From positions 12,896,001 through 12,960,000 of the forward strand of contig NC_092671.1 of assembly GCF_964355755.1 (NCBI RefSeq): 64,000 nt of DNA. The letters are read 5' to 3'. This stretch comes from Antedon mediterranea (lineage: Eukaryota > Animalia > Echinodermata). The notes under the pieces were generated by a model. The model had not been told where the DNA came from. It made no database searches and saw nothing but the letters and a program-made list of their open reading frames with translations. Below, one piece after another: positions 30,457 through 40,762 of the stretch (positions are counted from its first letter, which is position 1; every line of letters begins with the position of its first letter). A program made the translations under genes and the position numbers.

Positions 30457-33420
30457 CTTTTGTCTGTGTGATGTGATGGTGTCGCGGCGATGATTGCGCA
30501 GCAGGTCGTCATAAATACTCTACTCGCGATCTCATCCATGAGTATACCTAGCTCCCACCATGAGCCATGTATTAAAAATTGTCGACAGAGGGAGCCACAT
30601 TAAAAAAAAAATCAGAGCCATTTATTAGGCTAGGCCTCAACTAGAAGGGGGTGAGTGAGTGAGTGACCCGAGTGACCAAAATAGACAATTTTAACGTTTC
30701 AAAATATGCCTAAGCCTTCTTAGAATAGAAGTAAAAATAATTGTAAATTAATTATTTCATATAGCACGGAGAAAATTATTTTAAACTTGTTTTCTTTATG
30801 GGCGCTGATATTAAAGCGATTACCGTTGTTTCAACAAATAGAGATTAAATAGAAGTAGGTCTACAGACTTGTTTCAGTACGGTTTCAAATTTTGCTTCTT
30901 TGTGAAATTATAATAAGTGACAAATAGGCAAACTTTATTTTTTTAAATGAGAAGCAAAACAGAGAACAACACGAGACCGAACCAGGACAATAAACAGAGA
31001 GGACACCTATAGGGCACGATGGGGACACCACAGAATTCAGTTTGGCCTTTTTGGTTTGCGATGTTTTGTGATGAAATAGGAAATTAATCATAAACTTGAA
31101 ATTTATATAATAATTTATATAATGAAATGGCAAACAAGTGCATGTTGTTTTTGCATTGTTACAGACAATTAATTGTTTTTGAATACCTCCGACATTAAAT
31201 GCCAAATTTAGATAAACGTTGTCTAGCCCCGATGATCTCAGTATTCCGATAGATAAATAAGGTTGTCCAATAAACAATCATTAAACTTTACAAAACATAT
31301 TTGACTAAGCTTCTAAACAATAGCAATGGCAAAATGAATGTATCTGTATTCAGTAAAGTCATCGAATTATATGAATGATTCCATATGATGATCTGCAACT
31401 ATAGAATATAGAATCCAAAACAAACAATAGTTTAATGGTTTTAAATTTATATAGCGCAAAATACAAATGAGTCTCTATGCGCTGGTTAGCACAAGTGTGA
31501 AAATGAAAATGTTGATGTAAAATAAAATATAAAATAAAATACGTGCTGTGCATGATTAATAGCAATACTGTGATAGATATACTGATTATTTAAAATGTAC
31601 AAAACAAATGAGAAAGACAAGAACAAAGATTTTTCCAATGTTAACAATGTAAAATCATATACGATCAATCTGCAGGAGGAAGTAGGCCTATGTTTTATTA
31701 AAAACATTATATAGTAATTAAAAAAACCATGCAAAAGCCGGATTCCAACAGACAGTTTTAATACAACAGGCTATTCGTCGGCAATAATTTAATAGGAAAA
31801 CGTGTCTGTCATAACCATCATAATATTTATTTCCATCAAAATATCAAAAATTACAATTACTTAATGAAGGGCCAAGATAATGATGTAGGATGAGCAGCTT
31901 AAAAAACAAGTTGAAGATGTTTAAATTTACCAGTCCATAATATTTGTTTTAACTCTGCTACACCGCACTGATTTAAGTTTAAATATCGGCGTTTAAAATG
32001 TGTGCAAGACAAAAGCGTCATTTCTTAATGCTGCTAAAAAACCTGAAATACAACCAAGTTAAATTAAATGGTTTACAAAATAATATGGTTCGGTACTTAA
32101 TGAAATGTCAAAATAATGATGTATAGGACGAACAGCTTAAAAGACTTGTTGAAGATGTTCAAATTTACCAGTTTATCTTAACTCTGCTCACCGAGGCTAT
32201 AACTGATCACAAAGTTTTTGATCAAAATTATAGTACTAGAAAAAGTGGTGTAGATTTCATTTCACAAAAACAACAACAATATTATTGATCAATGATCCTC
32301 TCGAGTGTACCACCTGCGAAACAATGTATGTTGGATCACTTATATAATGTAGAATCATGAAGCTAAAGGTCTGGTGATAGATTAGAAAGACAGATAGATT
32401 GTATGGTAGGTTGTATTAAGAGTTTCCACCAATCAAATCATGGTAAATGCAATTAGTCTGTGATTTCCTTGGTGAAAGTCTTGATTATAAAAACCTACAA
32501 TAATTTTTAATTTAAGTATTGACTTGACTGGGCGTCTACACCGTTGGAGATACCAACTTTAAAAAAATATTGTACAAAACACTGTATAGCAAGTTCCACC
32601 TAGAAGGAGGTTTGGTAAAAGAGATGTTATACGGTACTGTATCACTAAGAAACATGACTGCGAAGAGGTAAATACACTTAGGCCTAAGTACAATTAATAC
32701 GATATTTTCGATTAGCGTAAAATGTCTTGGCTCCTTTTTTGTTATTAGTATTCATTAGGAAAATATACTTGTGCATTAAACTAAAATGCCGCATTGTATA
32801 TAATTTGAATATGATGTGTTGCGACAAATTATTGCGTAAAAATGTTACCGTATTAAATTATTGAAGATGCATTTTTTAATAAAACATTCACAAGGTTAAC
32901 ATTAACCAATAAGGCTTCCGTTTGTCCTGAGATTAATTGAATTTCAGTAATGTTTTAAAATATTTTTGATTGAGATGTTTATTAGAATAAAATAAATAAT
33001 ATAATACATGTAGTTAGGCCTATATTGAAGTCAGAAATGTAATGTAATGCCTTTGTAAATCATATACATTTAAATATATAAGAAAAGAATAGGCGCTACA
33101 TTCTCAATGTATAGGTTCGAATTCTTTGTAATGATCCTCGCAAATGTTGACCGTTTTAAAAATTGTAACTACTGAGATATACATTGATGAATAATGGACG
33201 GAAATTGGCAACAACATATTATTCCATAATAACATATGCCGGTCCTTAATTGTTTGGCAACGGAGGTGCTAAACACAACCATTGTGATTATTTAAAAACA
33301 TATTGAAAAGCGCCGATGGTAATTATCTATCGAAACGGTTCCCACGTGTTTATTATCTTGTTCAATACCAACAAAACTCATTTACAATGAAACTTTGCGA
33401 CCGTGAGTCTTTATTACAAA

Positions 33421-34160
33421 AACAAGTCCATTACCCTATAGATGGCTACAGTCGCGTGCTCAAATTAGTGTTTACTGACCGACCGACCAACCAACCAACC
33501 AACCGACTGACCGACCGACCAACCGACCGAAATTGCTGAAAATGTTTAAAAATGTTGAAAATATTTAAAAACATTTATATTTTTTTAATTTACACGTGCG
33601 TAGTCTTTTGACGTACTACTCGATAACGTAATTTCGAGTTGAAAAGTGAATCAAATATGATATTAAGAAGGTTGTAAAACAGAAATCCGGCAAAAACAGT
33701 GCATATTAACATTTAACGCGCAGTGCGCGTGTATAAAATATGCGCACTCAAGGCAATTTTTTAAACGCTTAAAATTGCCTGAAACGTAAACTTATTTCAT
33801 CGAAAATAAATTTTGAAAATTTTAAGCGCGCGTACGCGTTACATGCGCCATGTAATTGTATTGCCATGATGATTTATGCCCTGAAATTTATGAGTACCAA
33901 ATTGTATTTAATTGTGATTCATGCTTTTGAAGATATGATTACAAACGTGATTTCGTTAAATCGTGCGTAGACCGCGTAATTGTTGATTGCGCACCGTGAA
34001 AACATAACCACATCGATTCCTGGCCATAAAGAATATACTTTGAAAAATTGACTTAGAGCTAGATGAAACTAATATCAAAACAAGGCCATATTCAAGTTAG
34101 TGTTTACCGACCGACCGACCGACATAGTGAGCTGTAGAGTCGCGTTGCACGCGACTAAAA
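33421..34160 (-). mobile_element. Helentron-derived non-autonomous element (HINE/DINE-like)
   Basis: The minus strand starts ttttagtcgcgtgcaacgcgact (hairpin) followed by a (ggtc)n microsatellite. A subterminal inverted repeat (agtcgcgtgc at about 33450) and a short terminal stem lie at the other end. T-rich insertion site. Confidence 0.7.
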
Positions 34161-34744
34161 AGAGATTTTTTGTAAAACTGAAGAAGAATGAATTACTGAA
34201 TATAGTTATTTTGGACTAGGCTCTACTGTACTTTGTGACTTACTCTACCAATGTAAATTCACTCTTCACTGCTGCTCTACCGGATCGATTAATAATGATT
34301 ACACGGCGGAGAAGATGTGGTTTTGCAATCTATTTTTCAAGTTTCTCTATTTTGTTTTACTTAGTTCCTAAAGAACATTAATCGGAAATGTTTTTTATCT
34401 ACTTTAAAAAATCATTAAAAAACATAAAACTTATTCTACATGTAAATAAAAATTATTTTATATCATCACAAAAAAGAACGTCGTAAGTGTTATATTATTG
34501 TTTTAATGCTACTTAACTGTAGATGCAGATTTTAGCCTCATCATCTACTTATCACTTAATATCAACATCATCTAAACATCATAATCAGCATGTTGTTTCA
34601 GTACATTGTGTTAATCTTTGTTATTTCCCTATTAATTTAATTGTCAGATTGACATAATATTATGCTACAACCAGTAGAGCATCACGGACGACTAGTGCTT
34701 GATCATCTGCACGTTTTATTTGTAAGTATATAGGTCTAAACAAA

Positions 34745-35235
34745 TTCATTCATTCAATCTTTTATTTCGGAATCTCTGGTCCATAGAAAGTAAAAATTAC
34801 ATGTAAATGAAATAAAATAAACAAGATTAATTACTACTACTCATCTCAGGATGGCATTCCACATGGAGAGCATCTTCGACTTAACTAAGACGTTGCTTAT
34901 AATCGTTGAGACTAAAACATTTTCGCTTGCATTTAGTCTACCCATCAGGCCATATATTGATTTTCTAAACAATTCATAAAAAGAAGGCGTAAACATAAGG
35001 CTGGCACTGCAATGTCGAGACATTTGTAGCAACATTCTTAAACCATTATTGTAGCATACCTGGCTGGAGAGATCGCAAGGTACCCTGATTATAGTTGCAC
35101 CATAACGTAGCACAATACATATTTACCCAATTATGATCTAAATAAAACACATTTTACATTGATAGAACACAACATTTTCTGACCAAGGAGTTGGCTCGGA
35201 TACAAAAAGATCTGTTGTTGTCATTAACGTTTAAA
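34745..35235 (-). mobile_element. 3' remnant of a non-LTR retrotransposon (RTE/RTE-X-like)
   Basis: Broken minus-strand frames read SFCIRANSLVRK..INVKCVLFRS..YCATLW and YNNGLRMLLQMSRHCSASLMF..FRKSIYGLMGRLNASEN, typical of RTE-X C-termini as I recall them. The tail is tatggacc...aataaag(attc/tgaa)n. Confidence 0.65.
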
Positions 35236-35538
35236 GTATAAATTAAAATTTGAATTAACTTAATTTAGTTACTCTAATAAACGTCCATTAAACGTTATTC
35301 AATCTCCCTGCTCTATAAGCATTTAAATTATTTATTATTACTGTTGTTGAACAGTTTTTCATTGACCTTTGTGGTTCTGTGGTTGTATCTCTATGGCGTG
35401 CCAAGCTGTCATTTTTCGAGAAATAGCGATATCTTATGTAGCCCATGGAAACATTATTCAGGAAAAATTCTACTTAGGCCTATGATGTTATTATTCATTC
35501 TTTGTAGATTGCAGAGAAGCTGAAGCAAGTCCGCTGAC

Positions 35539-36534
35539 ATGGCCCGAGTAATAGAAACACTACATCCCGCCTTCATAATTATTGGTATAATTGGAATTTT
35601 GGGAAACACACTTGTCTTATACGTCTTAAGAAGCGTACGATCTCTACAAACCAATACTAACGTACTTATCCTCAATCAATCAATAATTGATCTATGCACA
35701 TGCGTAGTATTTTTAATGTACTATATGAGTTCTCCATTAGTATTTGATAACACATCAACCACCACAAGCATCTTTTGCTTCTTTTGGGAGTCTGGTTATA
35801 TGTACTGGTCTTTGTCATTTGCGTCGACAGCAAATTTAATATGCTTAAACCTTCAACGGTATGTTTCCGTTTTGCATTCGATAAAATACAAAAACAGTTT
35901 TACTGTGAAAAAAGCGCGTATAGTTCTCGCTGTACCTTGGCTTTACGGATTCATATTTTTATTATATTATGGCCTTTCGAATGAAGTGAATGAAAAAAAG
36001 GTTTGTGTACCAATTCGCTCAGCCACTGCTTCAAAGATATGGGGAATAGCTGTATTTATTTCTCAATGCGCGATTCCAATAATCTGTATATCTATCGTAT
36101 ATATAAGAATTGTTCTATTTCTACGATGTCACCGTGTTGTGTCTCGTTCTAACATAGGAATCGGAAATACAAACGGCATTGGAATGGCGGCATCCAAAAG
36201 GCGCGCGAATGTTGTAAAAACACTTTTTCTCATATGTGGCTGTTACTGTATATGTTGGACTCCAAACCAACTGTACTATCTATATATAAATATCGGCGAA
36301 ATTGAAGACTATAAAAAAAGTACATTTTTCCAAGTAACCCTTATTCTTGTTAATTTTAATGCCTGTATCAATCCTATAATTTATACGTGTAATTACAGCC
36401 AATTCAAACAAGGCCTTGCAAAATCATTTAAGAAATCGTGCTGTTTTGGTAGTAATGTTAATGATAATCCAGCGAATGCAAACAGTGCGATGGCAAGAAA
36501 CGATAACAACCCAATTTCAACAATATTCCATTGA
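35539..36534 (+). CDS. intronless class A (rhodopsin-like) orphan GPCR, 331 aa
   Basis: Seven hydrophobic segments: TM1 GILGN, TM2 NQSIIDL, TM3 QRY in place of DRY, TM4 W, TM5 P, TM6 CWTP, TM7 NACINPIIY, plus a helix-8 F and C-terminal CC. The ligand cannot be assigned. Confidence 0.92.
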   Translation: MARVIETLHPAFIIIGIIGILGNTLVLYVLRSVRSLQTNTNVLILNQSIIDLCTCVVFLMYYMSSPLVFDNTSTTTSIFCFFWESGYMYWSLSFASTANLICLNLQRYVSVLHSIKYKNSFTVKKARIVLAVPWLYGFIFLLYYGLSNEVNEKKVCVPIRSATASKIWGIAVFISQCAIPIICISIVYIRIVLFLRCHRVVSRSNIGIGNTNGIGMAASKRRANVVKTLFLICGCYCICWTPNQLYYLYINIGEIEDYKKSTFFQVTLILVNFNACINPIIYTCNYSQFKQGLAKSFKKSCCFGSNVNDNPANANSAMARNDNNPISTIFH

Positions 36535-38133
36535 GCTAGCTGTAAAGGGGAAAATACATAACGTTTGCTTTCCCTGCCGCAGACTAATAATTGTGCATGT
36601 GATATTTATTAGTGAAACATCTGGATCTCTGTTTAGTATTAAGAATATTCTTTTTGATGATCCAATATATTGTGTCGATGAACCAGCGAAAGCTCAAGTA
36701 TAAAACGTAAGTTTACGATGTTATTCAAATATAGGCCTATTGGATCATCAAAAAGAATATTTAGGCCTATCGATGTTTATTAATTATGTTTGCCCGTGTA
36801 ATAGATCAGTTAGCAAAGAAACTAAAAAAACAATAGTTACCCAGCCTTAAAAACATTTTCATTCAAATATTATAGGTCTATCCCGAGAAAGAGAATTGTT
36901 GACATTTGACATCGTGAGGCTTTTAGGCCTATAGTAATATTATTGTCGTTGTTAAGCTGTTCAGATAGATGTTCAGTAACATCATATATTGGAGTCGAGC
37001 TTTTTAGAGTTGAATAAAATAAAGTTTTGCAAGGTTTAATTTGAATCGAATGGTGTGTCATTAATTTGAAATACAAATTTTAAATTATAATCAGATTTAA
37101 ATAATATCATTATAAATTTGAATGTTAAGTGATGGACGTGATGTAATGTTTACCTTTGTAATTCGTAACGTTTGTTTTGTGTTTTATTTTATGTAAATAT
37201 ATTTTACTACATGATTTCATTCATTGCATTGTTGCGTCAACGCGCCATAAGCAGCTCATTTTTTATAGGAACCAGCGCAATATAAGATTTCGTATTACAG
37301 TATTTATGATTAAAATATCAGCATAGTTTAGTTTTTATTCACTTTTACACACAAACTATAAGCAAATAAACTGATGATGGGGCAGCGTAAATGACACACA
37401 GAAAAATATAAGAAATATAATATAGAAAATTCAGCCTATAAACAGGTAATTCTAATTCAGTAGAACTTCGGCCAACTAAATTATTAAAACATTGAAATTT
37501 AGTGAATAAATCAGGTTTTTTTTTTATTTTTGTGGCAATTTCATTCATTAATATCATGTATAATGATGCATAATAAAATGATTGTACATAATGAATACAT
37601 AATTATAATCATTTACTTACTGTTTTAGAAGAAATTATAGAAGTGTAAAAAGGTAATTGCAATAGATATAAATAACTGTACTGTAAATATAATGTAATGT
37701 AATGGACTTTAGGCCTATATCATGTGACACGCAAATCCATACATTTATTATCATTGTTAATATTAATTTTATTGAGTTATTTTTATTTTACAAGGTTTTA
37801 ATAGATCATTACTTTAAATGTTATTTATATTGTTTATGAATATATAACATAGTAAAGATAAATATGATAATAAATGTCGATTAATGTAAACCCAGCAATC
37901 CTTGAGTATTGCGAGAAATAATAAATCAGGTATTGCCAATTAATTGTATTTATTTAATTGTATTAATTGTATTTAAGAGTAATTAACTAAAATAATCTGA
38001 TATGGCTATCTGATATCCAGAGCAGTATTCCTATGAGACCATTTATTATAAGTACGTGTGAATTCAAATGAATGGCGTAAAGTATCAAGCTTCATAAAAT
38101 GTAGGCTAATTCTTTGTTCTATGCAATTATATA

Positions 38134-38740
38134 ATTCCTCCGCAAAGTAGGCTGTGATCGCATCGTTTATTAGTCTCTGTGTGTTTGTCTGTTTGTAAAA
38201 ACTTTTGAAAGGGATTTTGGCTAAATTAGTCACCAGATGCAAAGACATAGGTTTTTTGCCAGATGGACTTAGGTCCACGGTAAGACCACATTACATGTTT
38301 TGGAGGTATGTTTTATGCGTGCTAATATAATACACAACTGAGCATGCATTAGCCTTCTTTAGAAGCTGACGTATCGCGCTTCAGAAAGTACGTATCGCGC
38401 TTCAGAAAGTACGTTGTGAATAAAGCTCTATAACTATATACCGTTTTGAGTACTGTGTTCGTGTGAATATAATACAGTAGTATGTAAAAATCATTAGTTA
38501 CGTGACCTACCAACAATTTTATAAAATTACGCTTTTAAACTGGAAATCATGTATATTAGTAATTACCATTTAGTGCTCATCATAAACTTAACACACACGT
38601 TTGCGCGCTTACAATTTTGAAATGGCTAAACTTATTTTTTGACGAAATTAGAGCACGTCCGGATCACGATTCAGAATCCCGATTCAGGATCAGTTTTTAC
38701 TTACTAACACTGGTGGAGGTCACAACTATCCGATTGCTTT
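38134..38740 (+). mobile_element. degenerate Helentron-like element related to 41502-42095
   Basis: 5' attcctccgcaaagtagg followed by a gtgtttgtctgtttgt tract, an internal tccggatcacgattcag and a 3' ggtggaggt motif. Boundaries are approximate. Confidence 0.4.
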
Positions 38741-39132
38741 TTTGTTATGTTTGTTTATGTATTTAGGAAAATTGCCATGGATAACCATAGGCGTATCCAT
38801 TCACTATCCTTCTTAAAGGTGGTTATCCTGTTCACAAGACAAACATAATTATACAAAAGATGCTCTACAGTAAACAAATTTGTAACAAAATATTTTGAAA
38901 TGTTGCAACAAAACCAAATAAAAAAAACAACTTTTTTCTTGATTTAGACACTTTAATGTCCATATTCCTAAACTTGCTACTAATCTCAAATTTAAGAGCA
39001 ACCTATATAATAAAGTATTTATACAACATTTATCAAACTTATATTATAATTACAGTAAAAAACACCTATTACTAAATCCATATTTATCTTTTCAACAAAA
39101 TAAAAAAATACTAATAACACGTACACTGAAAT

Positions 39133-40626
39133 GTTGTTTTGCTGATAGATACTCAATAATGGTTGTTTTGCTGATAGATACTCAATAATGGTTGTTTTGC
39201 TGATAGATACTCAATAATGGTGGTTTTGCTGATAGATACTCAATAATGGTTGTTTTGCTGATAGATACTCAATAATGGTTGTTTTGCTGATAGATACTCA
39301 ATAATGGTTGTTTTGCTGATAGATACTCAACAATGGTTGTTTTGCTGATAGATACTCAATAATGGTTGTTTTGCTGATAGATACTTAATAATGGTTGTTT
39401 TGCTGATAGATACTCAATAATGGTTGTTTTGCTGATAGATACTCAACAATGGTTGTTTTGCTGATAGATACTCAATAATGGTTGTTTTGCTGATAGATAC
39501 TCAATAATGGTTGTTTTGCTGATAGATACTCAATAATGGTTGTTTTGCTGATAGATACTCAATAATGGTTGTTTTGCTGATAGATACTCAATAATGGTTG
39601 TTTTGCTGATAGATACTCAATAATGGTTGTTTGCTGATAGATACTCAACAATGGTTGTTTTGCTGATAGATACTCAATAATGGTTGTTTTGCTGATAGAT
39701 ACTCAATAATGGTTGTTTTGCTGATAGATACTCAATAATGGTTGTTTTGCTGATAGATACTCAATAATGGTTGTTTTGCTGATAGATACTCAATAATGGT
39801 TGTCCCGTTTTGCTGATAGATACTCAATAATGGTTGTTTTGCTGATAGATACTCAATAATGGTTGTTTTGCTGATAGATACTCAATAATGGTTGTTTTGC
39901 TGATAGATACTCAATAATGGTTGTTTTGCTGATAGATACTCAATAATGGTTGTTTTGCTGATAGATACTCAATAATGGTTGTTTTGCTGATAGATACTCA
40001 ATAATGGTTGTTTTGCTGATAGATACTCAATAATGGTTGTTTTGCTGATAGATACTCAATAATGGTTGTTTTGCTGATAGATACTCAATAATGGTTGTTT
40101 TGCTGATAGATACTCAATAATGGTTGTTTTGCTGATAGATACTCAATAATGGTTGTTTGCTGATAGATACTCAACAATGGTTGTTTTGCTGATAGATACT
40201 CAATAATGGTTGTTTTGCTGATAGATACTCAATAATGGTTGTTTTGCTGATAGATACTCAATAATGGTTGTTTTGCTGATAGATACTCAATAATGGTTGT
40301 TTTGCTGATAGATACTCAATAATGGTTGTTTTGCTGATAGATACTCAATAATGGTTGTTTTGCTGATAGATACTCAATAATGGTTGTTTTGCTGATAGAT
40401 ACTCAATAATGGTTGTTTTGCTGATAGATACTCAATAATGGTTGTTTTGCTGATAGATACTCAATAATGGTTGTTTTGCTGATAGATACTCAATAATGGT
40501 TGTTTTGCTGATAGATACTCAATAATGGTTGTTTTGCTGATAGATACTCAATAATGGTTGTTTTGCTGATAGATACTCAATAATGGTTGTTTTGCTGATA
40601 GATACTCAATAATGGTTGTTTTGCTG
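39133..40626. repeat. 29-bp minisatellite, about 51 copies
   Basis: Unit ttgttttgctgatagatactcaataatgg, almost perfectly conserved, with rare variants (caacaatgg, a 1-bp deletion, a cccg insertion). No spacers. Confidence 0.97.
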
Positions 40627-40762
40627 TTGTTGTTTTCTTTAGGATCTTGCATGTGACAATATAAGATACTCAATAATGGTCTTTAAAATATCTTAATTAT
40701 AGTACATGAATTGTTTATATTGTCAATATGGAAATAATAAATGTTTTTGAAATAAAATGCAT

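Noticed and set aside
30885-31277. 130-aa minus-strand ORF upstream of MED1-A
   Set aside because: No recognisable domain or consistent splice structure. Possibly a decayed repeat.
31858-32195. About 95-bp diverged direct duplication (31858-31965 / 32095-32194)
   Set aside because: Real, but looks like decayed repeat debris with no supportable function.
39133-40626. 29-bp repeat array as a CRISPR locus
   Set aside because: Units are head-to-tail with no unique spacers, there are no cas genes, and the context is eukaryotic.
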